Assembly (NCBI GenBank): GCA_964486045.1
Contig: CAZALK010000024.1
Span: 1 to 53,066 of the forward strand
From: an uncultured archaeon
Lineage (GTDB): Archaea; Asgardarchaeota; Lokiarchaeia; Sigyniarchaeales; SOKP01
Length of the DNA: 53,066 nt
Direction of reading: 5' to 3'
Part shown: piece after piece, positions 1-10,570 of the stretch
Layout of the letters: each line of letters starts with the position of its first letter
How positions within the stretch are numbered: the first letter of the stretch is position 1
The notes under the pieces: generated by a model
The model's database searches: none
What the model was told of the DNA's origin: nothing
The model's input: the letters and a program-made list of their open reading frames with translations, nothing else
Program-made: the position numbers and the translations under genes

Positions 1-105
1 ATTAAAAAATAAATATAATTACTAAATTATTTATAGTAATTGGTGACTCTCTTACGTTTTAATTACCTCGCTACCTATGAATTGTGTTATAAATAAAACA
101 AATTT

Positions 106-336
106 TTGACTATGCAGCAATTACAAGCAAAATTGTGTGGTGATTGTGGAAAAAAAATACCTTTTCGAATATTTTTAAGAGATAATCCTACAGTTTCTCC
201 TGAACGAGCTCGTGATCTATGGGAAGATCCTCTAATCATTCTTTATTGTCCTGAATGTTTTTTAAACAGACCAGAAAAACCATATAAACGTCGTAGAAGA
301 CACAACTACAACGATCGCTTGAAAATGAGAAAATAG
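106..336 (+). CDS. Small zinc-finger-like protein (CxxC...W...CxxC)
   Basis: 76 aa, TTG start; CGDC and CPEC pairs, basic C-tail; paralogous pattern to 10331..10549. Confidence 0.65.
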   Translation: MTMQQLQAKLCGDCGKKIPFRIFLRDNPTVSPERARDLWEDPLIILYCPECFLNRPEKPYKRRRRHNYNDRLKMRK

Positions 337-380
337 TAAATTGAAATATTTTTTTAATGCTGATTTTTTTTTACATTATC

Positions 381-2147
381 TCAAAATTTAAATTTTCCAC
401 TCATGAGATTTTGATATTGTTCTCTTTCAAAAATTTTATACTGACTTGATCTAGAATCCCAGAAATACAATTGATCTTTTACTGAATTGATATCATACCC
501 TTGTTTTCTGAGATTAACTTTTCTTAATTTGTGCGTTCCAGTAAATTCGAGTTCATCCTTGATACGAATGAAGATTGGAATGGAGTATTTTGGAAGGTTT
601 TTTACAATGAACTGGGAGAATAAGTCAGTATCAAGGGATTTATTATCTTCTAATTTCATGCAAATCATACCTGCTTTGCCATCCGTGTTTGGAATTTCCA
701 CACCGTATACATTACAAATTTCAAAGCCACCAAATGAATTTAATATGGATTCAACTTCCATCGTGGATACATTTTCTCCTTTCCATCTAAAAGTATCCCC
801 ATATCTATCAGCAAAAGAGACCCAATGATCATCATGAAGATTCACAAGGTCTCCGGTATTAAAATAAGCATCATCTTCTTCAAGTACATTCCTTAAAACT
901 CTTTCGTTAGTTTTAGCTTTATTTTTATAACCCATGAATGTTGAATTTTCTTCAATTTTTGCCAGCATCATCCCAGATTCTCCTGAATTACATTCAATAA
1001 GAAACCCTTTTTCATCTTTATAGAACTTACCGGTTTCTTCATTAATTTTCACGGCAATAATTAAGCCGGGTATAGTCCTTCTACCTATCATGCCCGGTAC
1101 CTCATCAATATTAAAAAGACCAGCTGCACCTTCTGTGGCGCCATAAAACTCAAGAATATGTTCAACATGGAATCGAGATTTAAATTTTTCCCATATGTCT
1201 TTTCGGAAGCCAACTCCTAGCATTTTATTAAGCGTTGTATTTTCTATATATTCTGATTCAGGTCGGTTAATAAGGTATCTTGGTAATTCTCCTATGTACA
1301 TAAAACAAGTTGCTCCAAATTTTTTGATATCTTTCCAAAATCCTGATGCCGAAAACCGTTTTCTAAAGGCAAAAGCAGCACCTACTTGTATAGCACCAGC
1401 CCATCCTACTACCATCGCAAGGGAGTGATATAATGGTAATGGACTATAAATAACGTCATTATGCGTTGATTCAAATGCTAACCATCCAAATGGATTAAGT
1501 ATGCGTGCATTACTTTGCAAAGCGGCTTTTGGAAGACCTGTTGTCCCAGAAGTGAAGATATACATATTTGTATCACGTAAATTGGATTTAAAGGTAGTTT
1601 TAGGATTTTCTACGGGGACATCCTCTAATTCTTTATGAAAATCAATAAAATTATGATCCTGATTATTATGATTATTAACGACAAAGACCTTGTTCTTATC
1701 AAAATTAAGATCCGAAAATACTTCTGCGAAGGCGGGTAAGCTCTCACCATCAACTATAACCCAAGTTGGTTCGCTAATTTTAAAGGAATGTATAAGAGCT
1801 TGTTTTCTTTGGTTTACATTAATCATTGAGCTAATTCCCTGTATTTTATTAATACCCGTAGTTACAGAAAGGAATTCGAGCGAGTTTTCCATCATCACAG
1901 CTATTGCATCACCAGATTTGCTTCCAATTTTAAGGAAATAATTAGCTATTTTATTACTTTCTTGGTTTAAAATCTGCCAAGTCCACGAACTTTCTTCAAA
2001 AAGTAGTGCACACCCATTCGGATTGTTTTCAGCATTTTGTTCTATCACGATTCCGACGCTTAAATTCGGATTTTTAGTCCTTTCTTCAACTACTTTACTA
2101 ACTCGTTCAAGATAATCAGCTTCTTTAGTTGTTAATTGAATTTCCAC
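381..2147 (-). CDS. Long-chain acyl-CoA synthetase, FATP/VLACS-like
   Basis: AMP-binding motif YIFTSGTTGLPKA, FYGATEG, YFNTGDL, FATP signature DRYGDTFRWKGENVST. Confidence 0.93.
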   Translation of the reverse strand: MEIQLTTKEADYLERVSKVVEERTKNPNLSVGIVIEQNAENNPNGCALLFEESSWTWQILNQESNKIANYFLKIGSKSGDAIAVMMENSLEFLSVTTGINKIQGISSMINVNQRKQALIHSFKISEPTWVIVDGESLPAFAEVFSDLNFDKNKVFVVNNHNNQDHNFIDFHKELEDVPVENPKTTFKSNLRDTNMYIFTSGTTGLPKAALQSNARILNPFGWLAFESTHNDVIYSPLPLYHSLAMVVGWAGAIQVGAAFAFRKRFSASGFWKDIKKFGATCFMYIGELPRYLINRPESEYIENTTLNKMLGVGFRKDIWEKFKSRFHVEHILEFYGATEGAAGLFNIDEVPGMIGRRTIPGLIIAVKINEETGKFYKDEKGFLIECNSGESGMMLAKIEENSTFMGYKNKAKTNERVLRNVLEEDDAYFNTGDLVNLHDDHWVSFADRYGDTFRWKGENVSTMEVESILNSFGGFEICNVYGVEIPNTDGKAGMICMKLEDNKSLDTDLFSQFIVKNLPKYSIPIFIRIKDELEFTGTHKLRKVNLRKQGYDINSVKDQLYFWDSRSSQYKIFEREQYQNLMSGKFKF

Positions 2148-2327
2148 TAGTATTCACGCCGTCTTTTTTATTTTAAATTATAAATTATTCACACTTCGAG
2201 TGAAATAATATTAGATAAAATTATATTGAAATTTTTAACTAAGGTTTATTGAAGATTTAATCCATGTTTTTTTAAATTTCCTCAAATAAATAGTAAAAAA
2301 TATAAAATTTTCAATAATGATTTATTC

Positions 2328-2903
2328 ATGATTTTACGTATTGATCACGTTTCGTTAGCTGTAAAGGATTATGAGGCAGCCGTCGAATTTTATACTAAAA
2401 TACTCGGTGCTATATCACAATACAATGGAACTGATAATAATTTAAAGTATTATTGGGAAATTTTTGCGTTGGGTGATCTTTCTAGACTAGAAATAATAAA
2501 ACCTACAGGAGAAGGGAGCTTTTTGGATAATTTTCTTAGAAACAAAGAAGGAGGTATTCATCATTTAGTTTTACAAACACCAAGCATTGAAATGTCGAAG
2601 AAAGTTCTTGAGAATAATAATATTCCTTATTTCGGTTATAATAATTATGGTGATTCTTGGAAGGAGCTTTTTATTCATCCAAAAAACGCTTTTGGTGTTT
2701 TACTTCAGATTGCAGAATTTAAGGCAAAAAATTGGCTTGATCCTTCTTGGGGATTGCCCAAAAGTGAAAAATGGACTGTTACGAAAAATGAAGAGAAATT
2801 TTTTGTCACTTTTGCTCATCCTGGTGGAGGAAAAGTTAAAATTAATTTGGGACGAGAAGAAGTTACAGAGTTAATTCATGATCTTAAGAAAATACTGGGT
2901 TAA
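2328..2903 (+). CDS. VOC/glyoxalase family protein, methylmalonyl-CoA epimerase-like, with C-terminal extension
   Basis: IDHVSLAV, LEIIKP, GGIHHL, FIHPKNAFGVLLQIAE motifs. Confidence 0.85.
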   Translation: MILRIDHVSLAVKDYEAAVEFYTKILGAISQYNGTDNNLKYYWEIFALGDLSRLEIIKPTGEGSFLDNFLRNKEGGIHHLVLQTPSIEMSKKVLENNNIPYFGYNNYGDSWKELFIHPKNAFGVLLQIAEFKAKNWLDPSWGLPKSEKWTVTKNEEKFFVTFAHPGGGKVKINLGREEVTELIHDLKKILG

Positions 2904-3105
2904 ATTACCAATTTAGCTGATTATTTTTGGGAAAATTGGATGCATATTGTCATTAGAGACTATGAAAAAATAGGAAAATTTCTTACTAGAAACCTTAAAC
3001 AGATAGTAGAGTAATATTTATCTTTTTTAAGTAAATTAATTTAAATAATAACAACTTTTCATTCTAATCTAAATATTAAACTATCAAAAAATAAAAAACA
3101 TTAAC

Positions 3106-4107
3106 ATGACTATTGGAGAGTTGAATGGGAAAGTAGCCCTCATAACAGGAGCTGCGGGTGGGATAGGAAGGGCAACTTCAAAACTTTTTATCGTGAAAGG
3201 GGCTAAAGGGGTTGTAATGGTTGATATTTGGGATGAAATGGGTGAAAAAACTGCAAAGGAACTAGGGCCAAACGCAATCTACATTCATTCTGACGTATCT
3301 CAAGAGTCAGATATAAAAAAAGCTATTAACTTTGCGGTAGAGAAATTCAGTCGTCTCGATATTGTGTTTTCAAACGCAGGGAACCCGGGACCTGGAGGAC
3401 CAATAGAGGAGGTTCCTTCTGAGGAATTTGATCATACAATAGCAATCCACTTGCGAGCGGCATATTTATGTATGAAATACGCGATTCCTATAATGAAGAG
3501 ACAAGGGTCAGGATGTTTTATAACTACAAGTTCTGTGGCGGGTTTTCAACAAGGAATGGCTGGATTACCCTATTCAATTTCCAAGGCGGGAATAATACAC
3601 CTTACAAGAATTGCTGCCGTAGAATTAGGAACTTTTGGAATCAGAGCAAATGCGGTAGCCCCCGGATTTACAGCTACAGGAATTTTTGGGCAAGGACTAG
3701 GTTTATCTCGTGAAGGCGCTGAAAAGTTAGCCTATCAAATGAAGAATGCTCCTTCGAATGGTCAACCAATTAGGCGCGCGGGGTTACCAGAAGATATTGC
3801 TAATGCTGTTTTATTCTTAGCAAGCGAGTCTAGTGGTTTTATAACAGGAGTAACGTTAAAAGTGGATGGCGGACTACTATCTGGGAGAATTCCGCAAGAT
3901 CCTGAGGAAGGAATTGAAAGATGGGATAAAATGATTAGCAGTTTAGATCCTGAAGATAAGAAAATAATATCATCAATGGCGAAAGATGGGGCTAGGAAAG
4001 CGATGGAACGATTGAAAGACTTAACCCCACAGCTTAGAGAACAAGAAATCAAAAGAATGCAGAGACTAGCTGAGAGAAGAAGAGAAGTTTTAAGCTCAAA
4101 GAAGTGA
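3106..4107 (+). CDS. Short-chain dehydrogenase/reductase (SDR), paralog 1
   Basis: TGAAGGIG, FSNAG, YSISK catalytic motif, VDGG; helical C-terminal extension. Confidence 0.93.
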   Translation: MTIGELNGKVALITGAAGGIGRATSKLFIVKGAKGVVMVDIWDEMGEKTAKELGPNAIYIHSDVSQESDIKKAINFAVEKFSRLDIVFSNAGNPGPGGPIEEVPSEEFDHTIAIHLRAAYLCMKYAIPIMKRQGSGCFITTSSVAGFQQGMAGLPYSISKAGIIHLTRIAAVELGTFGIRANAVAPGFTATGIFGQGLGLSREGAEKLAYQMKNAPSNGQPIRRAGLPEDIANAVLFLASESSGFITGVTLKVDGGLLSGRIPQDPEEGIERWDKMISSLDPEDKKIISSMAKDGARKAMERLKDLTPQLREQEIKRMQRLAERRREVLSSKK

Positions 4108-4194
4108 GAATTAGAGACTTGTTCTAGAAATTTTTTATTAAGCTTTTTCCTTTTAGGATTAAAGTATTAAAAAAATAATTCATTTAGTTGATTT

Positions 4195-5211
4195 ATGGGA
4201 AAATTAGATGGAAAAGTGGCACTCATAACGGGAGCTGCCGGGGGGATAGGAAGAGCAACTTCAAGGTTATTCATAGAAGAAGGAGTTAAAGGACTCATCA
4301 TGGCAGATATTTGGGATAAAATGGGTGAGAAAACCGCGGATGAACTTGGTTCAAACGCAGTCTATATTCATGCTGACGTATCCCAAGAGTCTGATATAAC
4401 AAATGCTGTTAAGCTCGCAGTAGAGAAATTTAATCGCCTTGATATTGTATTTTCAAACGCAGGGAACCCGGGACCTGGAGGAACAATAGAAGATATTCCT
4501 ACTGATGAATTTGATCATACAGTAGCAATTCATCTTCGGGCGGCATTCTTGTTCATGAAACATTCCATCCCTATTATGAAAAAGCAAGGCTCCGGATGTT
4601 TTTTAACAACGAGTTCTGTAGCGGGTTTTCAGCAGGGAATGGGCACGTTGCCATATTCACTTTCAAAGGCGGGAATTATACAACTTACGCGTATTGCTGC
4701 TGTAGAATTAGGTGCTTATGGAATAAGAGCGAATGCAATTGCGCCTGGAGGTATTGCGACAGGGATATTTGGACAAGGATCAGGGTTATCACGAGAATCA
4801 GCCGAAAAATTTGGGCAATTAATGAAAGAAAATCTAGCTAATTCACAACCGATAAGGCGTGCGGGATTGCCAGAAGATATTGCTAGTGCTGCTTTATTCT
4901 TAGTAAGTGACTCTAGTAGCTTTATCACAGGAGTGACACTTAAAGTAGATGGGGGACTATTGTCAGGAAGGATACCTCAAGATCCTGAAGAAGGTATGGA
5001 AAGATATTATAAAATGATGAGCCAACTAGATCCCGAGGATAGAAAACTATTAATTAGCAGGATGCAGGAAGGCAATCAAAAGTTTGTTGAAAATATGAAA
5101 TACCTTAAACCGGAAATTCGTGAAAGAATAATTAAAAGAACACAGAAATTGGCAATTAAAAGACAAGAATTAATGAAAGAATTTGAAAAGAAATACGGAA
5201 AGATTAACTGA
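4195..5211 (+). CDS. Short-chain dehydrogenase/reductase (SDR), paralog 2 (tandem duplicate)
   Basis: TGAAGGIG, FSNAG, YSLSK, VDGG; closely similar to 3106..4107. Confidence 0.93.
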   Translation: MGKLDGKVALITGAAGGIGRATSRLFIEEGVKGLIMADIWDKMGEKTADELGSNAVYIHADVSQESDITNAVKLAVEKFNRLDIVFSNAGNPGPGGTIEDIPTDEFDHTVAIHLRAAFLFMKHSIPIMKKQGSGCFLTTSSVAGFQQGMGTLPYSLSKAGIIQLTRIAAVELGAYGIRANAIAPGGIATGIFGQGSGLSRESAEKFGQLMKENLANSQPIRRAGLPEDIASAALFLVSDSSSFITGVTLKVDGGLLSGRIPQDPEEGMERYYKMMSQLDPEDRKLLISRMQEGNQKFVENMKYLKPEIRERIIKRTQKLAIKRQELMKEFEKKYGKIN

Positions 5212-5268
5212 ACAAATTGTACTTTTTTAAATTTTCTTCAATGGTATAATATATAAGGGCTTGCCAAA

Positions 5269-6549
5269 ATGTCTCAAAGGCAAAAAATTAAAAATCGCTG
5301 GACCGTTTTAATTGGAGCTATAATAATTCAATTAGCTTTAGGCACGATCTATTCATGGGGAACACTTACTGTATTCATCAGTCCTTTTTTAAATGAAATC
5401 AAAGAACTAACTGTGTACGTGTTTGGAGTTGGCTTGCTTTCCTTTGCTGTGACGATGATATTCGCAGGTTCATTGCAACAAAAATATGGTCCAAGAAATG
5501 TTGCTATACTAGGAGGACTTTTGATAGGAGTTGGATTAATTTCCTCTGCCTTCATGACTACTTTCATTGGATTATTTTTCACATATGGCATTATTTTTGG
5601 GGTAGGAATTGGTTTCGCGTACGTATGCCCAATAACTTCTGCAGGCAAATGGTTTCCAGATAAAAAAGGTTTTATTAATGGAATTGCTGTAGCAGGGTTT
5701 GGTGCAGGAGCCTTCATTTTTAATTTTGTAATAAAAGGAATTGCTAATCCTACTGGATTATCTGATGAAGCTCCTAATTTTATTGATGCAATTTCTCCGA
5801 ATATTCCTGTAATGTTTATAGTTTTAGGAATAATTTATCTTGTTCTTGTCCTAGGAGGAGCAATGATGTTGAGCAACCCACCAGAGGGTTGGACTCCAAT
5901 TGGATGGACACCTCCTGCACCTTCTGAGGAAAGTGGTGTTTCAAGTTTAGAATTCGTTCGAAGTCAAACAATCAAATTACCCCAGTTTTGGATGTTATGG
6001 GCCGCTTTTGCATTTAGCGCGATATCCGGTTTGATGGTTATTGGAGCTTATTCTAGCTTCGCAAAAACCGAATTAACGCCAGGTGTGTTTTTGTATATAA
6101 TCGGTACCAGTGATTTTGTATTAATTGGTAGTTTGGCAGCGTTATTTAATGGTTTAGGAAGAATAATATGGGGAAGGATGGCAGATATAATAACCTATAA
6201 AAAAGCGATGTTAGTGATGTTTATAACTCAGGCTATTTTACTGTTTATTTATTTTACAACGATTTTTAATGAGATTTACTTCTATATTATAACCTGTGCT
6301 ATTTTTTTCTGCTTTGGGGGTAATTTTAGTCTATTCCCTACAGCTACTTCTGATTTATTCGGTTCTAAAAATTTAGGACCTAACTATGGGATATTATTTA
6401 CTGCTTACGGTGTTGCTGGTTTTATTGGTGCGGTTGGGGTGAATTTATTTGTGACAATTTTTGGTAGTTATTTAGTCTTATTTATAGTAATGGCAATTAT
6501 GTCATTAGGGGCAGCTGCTTTAGCGTATCTAATTAAACCACCAAGCTGA
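5269..6549 (+). CDS. MFS transporter, oxalate/formate antiporter (OFA) family
   Basis: ~12 TM; KWFPDKKG..GIAVAGFGAG, NGLGRIIWG, FGSKNLGPNYG. Confidence 0.9.
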   Translation: MSQRQKIKNRWTVLIGAIIIQLALGTIYSWGTLTVFISPFLNEIKELTVYVFGVGLLSFAVTMIFAGSLQQKYGPRNVAILGGLLIGVGLISSAFMTTFIGLFFTYGIIFGVGIGFAYVCPITSAGKWFPDKKGFINGIAVAGFGAGAFIFNFVIKGIANPTGLSDEAPNFIDAISPNIPVMFIVLGIIYLVLVLGGAMMLSNPPEGWTPIGWTPPAPSEESGVSSLEFVRSQTIKLPQFWMLWAAFAFSAISGLMVIGAYSSFAKTELTPGVFLYIIGTSDFVLIGSLAALFNGLGRIIWGRMADIITYKKAMLVMFITQAILLFIYFTTIFNEIYFYIITCAIFFCFGGNFSLFPTATSDLFGSKNLGPNYGILFTAYGVAGFIGAVGVNLFVTIFGSYLVLFIVMAIMSLGAAALAYLIKPPS

Positions 6550-6566
6550 GAATAACTAATTAATAA

Positions 6567-7847
6567 TTATAACCACTTAACTAGCACTAATCCAATTAAT
6601 GGGATAAAAATCGCAAATGGCAATGTAAATGTAGGAGTATATACAATCCATATGAAAGTAAACATTATGTAAGATGTGATTTTAGCTACCTGAAGATCGG
6701 TAATCCAAATACCCATATAAAATGCTCTATCCGTTGGAGCGCGATTTATTATATATTTCACTGCACCAGTATAAATGCAACCCCACGCGAAACCAAGTAA
6801 TATTTGCCCAAGTATGAAATAACTGATTTGACCTGTTGTTGATCCCACCCAATAACATAGTAATGTCAGAGAAGATAATAAGAATCCTATAGCAAGCATC
6901 ATTTTTTCTGAAATCTTCGGATTATCAACAATTCTGCCATTGATGACCATTGCTACCACCTGTAGTATTGGATTTAAAGCAATTACTATACCCCATAATT
7001 CAATAGGGATTCCAGCTCCATTAAGTAGGAGACTAATGATTTGGATAAAAGGTATTACTCCAAACTGTCGAAAAAAGACTGTAATGTAGAGCATGAGTTT
7101 AACCTTGGATTTATTTTTAGGGATGATATTATTACTTTTCAAAACTTCGTTTATTATATCTTCTCTTGGAATCTCATTATCCATTTCTATTTCCGGTTTT
7201 TGGTTTTTCTTAACATCTCTTATTGGAAGTGCAAAAATTAATGAAATTATAGTCGTGATTATTAAAAAAAGAACCAATGAATCTACTCCAAATATACTAA
7301 TGAGTGTGCTTGATAATAAGACTCCAATTGCGAAACCAGCGCTTTTAGTTGCACTAAAAAGTGATAATTGTGTTCCACTAACCTCTATTGTTTCTAAATT
7401 CATTAGCACTTCATCTTTCTCATTTGATTTCTCCATAATATCTGCAAATAAAGCATTTGAGGCAGGCATTCGCATCCCTAATACAAATCCCCTAAAGAAG
7501 TTTAACCCACAAAAAAAAACTATATTATCACTTAAGTTTAATAAGGAGAGCACAATAACCTGAAGAAAAAGGGCAAAAATGAAAAATATTTTCCTCCGAC
7601 CTGTGTTATCACTTATTTTACCGAAGATCCAAGAGAATAACGCCATCCCGATTCCCATAAATAACATTATGAAAATTACTTGCCCGTCTAAGAATCCTTT
7701 AGAGCTTAAAAATAATGGTATAAAAGCAAAATAAGCATACCCCGCTAAGCTCGCAAAAAATATTGCTATAAGGAGTGAGATTTTACTTACTATAAATTTC
7801 TGGTCTTTGGCATTGATTAGGATATTCTGTATTTTCATGTAATACAT
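6567..7847 (-). CDS. MFS transporter
   Basis: ~12 TM; MFS motif A GKISDNTGRR. Confidence 0.85.
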   Translation of the reverse strand: MYYMKIQNILINAKDQKFIVSKISLLIAIFFASLAGYAYFAFIPLFLSSKGFLDGQVIFIMLFMGIGMALFSWIFGKISDNTGRRKIFFIFALFLQVIVLSLLNLSDNIVFFCGLNFFRGFVLGMRMPASNALFADIMEKSNEKDEVLMNLETIEVSGTQLSLFSATKSAGFAIGVLLSSTLISIFGVDSLVLFLIITTIISLIFALPIRDVKKNQKPEIEMDNEIPREDIINEVLKSNNIIPKNKSKVKLMLYITVFFRQFGVIPFIQIISLLLNGAGIPIELWGIVIALNPILQVVAMVINGRIVDNPKISEKMMLAIGFLLSSLTLLCYWVGSTTGQISYFILGQILLGFAWGCIYTGAVKYIINRAPTDRAFYMGIWITDLQVAKITSYIMFTFIWIVYTPTFTLPFAIFIPLIGLVLVKWL

Positions 7848-8542
7848 TTATGAAACCTTGAAGTATTATAGATTTTTTCATTTTAGCTGATCGAGAGGTT
7901 TTTTTCACAATTTAGTAAAAAATCTTGCCTATAACACGTTAAAGGAAGCTACAGACTGCCTTAAACACATAATATTTTGAAAATTTGTAGAGTATTGTTA
8001 TTTTTATTCATTAGAATTATCAAATAAGATATGCCAAATGAGGCGATTAAAACTGAGCAAAAGTTTAAAGTCATAATTTACCATGGGTATCTCCATAAAA
8101 TTCCAATAGATGATGAGATTATAGAATTAAAAGAGAAGGAATTGATTATAGCAAAAGATTCAATTGTAGTAGGTTAAGAAAAGGGAACTTCTAATTGTTT
8201 TTCCAAGTTCAAATACAATTTTTAGTAATTCTTTCTATTTCGAATTTTTACCACAAAATCGAATAAGGAAGGTTGATTTCACAAATTTTTAAGAGAAATT
8301 AAATATGAATATTTCTTTATGATAGTCACCAGGGAAGAATATTTTTATTCTTTAAATAGGCAATAAAGGAGGAAAAGTATCATACTTCTTGAAAAATGTG
8401 AATTCATTCAGGTTGTTGGAGAGGAAAATAGTTGTTTTTTTAAAATCGAAGGAAATTGTTTTCATATTAAGAACCCACTGGAAAAATGCCAGGAGAAAGG
8501 ATGTAAATATTTCAAGACAGCACATCCTCTTAAAAAAAGGAA

Positions 8543-9505
8543 TTAAATATCTTTTAATAATTCATTAAACAGCGAATTTTCTATATTACCCCCACTTATC
8601 ACTGCTACTACATTCTTTCTAGCAAAATTTTCTTCTTCTTCAAGGAGATATGCAATAACTGTAGCACTTGCTCCCTCAACGATTTGACCTTCTTTTTTCC
8701 AAAGAATTCTGATTGCATTTTCAACAGTCTCTTCTTGTACTAACACAATTTTATCTACATATTTAGTTATTAAATCTAAAGTTAATGCTCCAGGTTCGAG
8801 CCCCCCGGACAAACCTTCAGCAATAGTTTCAAATTCTTTAAAATAAACTACTTTTCCCGCTTTCCAAGATTCGTACATTGTAGACGCTCCTTTAGTTTGA
8901 ACACCTATTATCTCGATATTCGGATCTAACGCTTTTGCTGCTATTGCAATTCCAGAAATTAAGCCACCACCCCCAACGGGGACAAGAATTGAATTTATGT
9001 GATCAAGTTCTTCGAAGATTTCTAGTCCAACAGTTCCTTGACCGGCTATAACCTCAATATCATTATATGGACTAATATAAGGCATTTTTTCTCTCAGGGA
9101 AATGTCCCTCACCCTAGTTTCAATTTCATCATATGTTCCTTCCTGTTTAATCGTAACATCATATTGTTTAATTTTATCTAATTTTATTTTTGATACATTC
9201 ATTGGGATAAGTATATTTGCGGGAATGTTTAGATATTTTGCTGCTAAAGCAACACCTAAAGCATGATTACCTGAAGATGCTGTAATAACTCCATGAGTTT
9301 TTTCCTCGACGCTTAATAAGGACATTCTACTAAGAGCTCCACGGATTTTAAAAGAATTCGTGAATTGAAGGTTTTCTAGTTTTAAGTAGAGATTACCACC
9401 ACACAACTCACTAAACACTTCAGAATGAATAAGCGGTGTTTTCCTAATATATTGGTGTATTCTTTTTTGAGCCTCTTTAACCTTTTCAATATTCAAGCTT
9501 GTCAT
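8543..9505 (-). CDS. Threonine/serine dehydratase (PLP-dependent, no regulatory domain)
   Basis: KLENLQFTNSFKIRGA PLP lysine, ASSGNHA, PVGGGGL, ISGGN. Confidence 0.92.
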   Translation of the reverse strand: MTSLNIEKVKEAQKRIHQYIRKTPLIHSEVFSELCGGNLYLKLENLQFTNSFKIRGALSRMSLLSVEEKTHGVITASSGNHALGVALAAKYLNIPANILIPMNVSKIKLDKIKQYDVTIKQEGTYDEIETRVRDISLREKMPYISPYNDIEVIAGQGTVGLEIFEELDHINSILVPVGGGGLISGIAIAAKALDPNIEIIGVQTKGASTMYESWKAGKVVYFKEFETIAEGLSGGLEPGALTLDLITKYVDKIVLVQEETVENAIRILWKKEGQIVEGASATVIAYLLEEEENFARKNVVAVISGGNIENSLFNELLKDI

Positions 9506-9604
9506 TATAATACTAAATTTATTCCAGAAAGAAAAATCTATTGATAAAACTTATTTACAAAAGGAGCTTCCAATTAAAAAAAAAGTGGATTTAATAACTT
9601 AAAA

Positions 9605-9697
9605 TTAATTAATCATTAATTTTCGTCGTGAGAATATGACTAAACCTGATGCTAAACCAAACATTCCTAGAATTATAAGTAGATCGTAACCCGGAAT
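9605..9697 (-). pseudogene. Orphan C-terminal sorting-signal remnant (Loki-CTERM/PGF-CTERM-like)
   Basis: Minus strand reads IPGYDLLIILGMFGLASGLVIFSRRKLMIN*, immediately preceded by an in-frame TAA; no upstream gene body. Confidence 0.7.
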
Positions 9698-9793
9698 TTA
9701 GAGAATTATTGCTGTTCGTATTTGATAGTAAAGTTAAAAATTTCTAAATGATTTAATTTATAAATCTGTTAAAATAAATCTGAGAGTGTTAAA

Positions 9794-10309
9794 ATGGAAT
9801 TTTATGATGTAGTAAAAAATAGAAGAAGTTATAGGATGTATAAACCTGATATTCCAGAGGCAGAAAAAGTCGAGAGAGTTTTGAATTCAGCACGGTTAGC
9901 ACCTACCTGGGCAAATATGCAAGGGGTTCATTACATCGTAGTTAAAGAACCAGAAAATGTTAAAGCAGTAATGAATGCTATAGGGCAAGCACCAAAGTTT
10001 TCTCAAGCTCCAATGTTTATAGTTGGTATTATTTCCGAAAAAGGCTCTGGAAGAAATTTAAATGGTCAAAAATATTATGGAGTAGATTTTGGAATCTGCT
10101 TTGAACATCTACTATTAGCTGCAACCGCTGAAGGTTTAGCATCGTGCTGGATTGGGTGGTTCAATGAAGATAAAGTAAAGCAAGCTTTAAATATTCCAGA
10201 TGATTATAAAGTTATGGGATTGACACCATTAGGATATTATTTAAAACCCAAAAGTGAAATAACGGAACGTAAACCTTTGGATAAAATCGTACATTACGAA
10301 AAATTCTAA
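9794..10309 (+). CDS. Nitroreductase family protein
   Basis: RRSYRMY, ARLAPTWANMQ, LAATAEGLASCWIG, RKPL. Confidence 0.92.
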   Translation: MEFYDVVKNRRSYRMYKPDIPEAEKVERVLNSARLAPTWANMQGVHYIVVKEPENVKAVMNAIGQAPKFSQAPMFIVGIISEKGSGRNLNGQKYYGVDFGICFEHLLLAATAEGLASCWIGWFNEDKVKQALNIPDDYKVMGLTPLGYYLKPKSEITERKPLDKIVHYEKF

Positions 10310-10330
10310 AAAAACATTTTTTTATTTTTT

Positions 10331-10549
10331 TTGAATGGTTGGAAAAACTTGAAAGAACGACAGTGCTTCAGATGTGGAAAAATAATGGATTTTGATAGTT
10401 TTATCAAAAATATTAGCCCAAATGAGCAAGAAAAATTAACTCATATCTGGAATAGTAATTATATCGAATTTTTTTGCTGTAACTGTTATGTCTTTAAGAT
10501 AAAGTATCAGCCCCATTTGGGGGATAACGATGAATTTTCTTACTATTAA
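10331..10549 (+). CDS. Small zinc-finger-like protein (CxxC...W...CCxC)
   Basis: CFRCG and CCNC; same spacing as 106..336. Confidence 0.6.
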   Translation: MNGWKNLKERQCFRCGKIMDFDSFIKNISPNEQEKLTHIWNSNYIEFFCCNCYVFKIKYQPHLGDNDEFSYY

Positions 10550-10570
10550 TTTAAATTTCTCTAAAATTAC

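Noticed and set aside
487-1941. Short ORFs antisense to or nested in long genes (these and similar ones throughout the ORF track)
   Set aside because: Shadow ORFs of well-supported genes, with no motifs
7860-8540. Short coding-like stretches (for example MPNEAIKTEQKFKV... near 8031)
   Set aside because: Fragmentary and not assignable to any family
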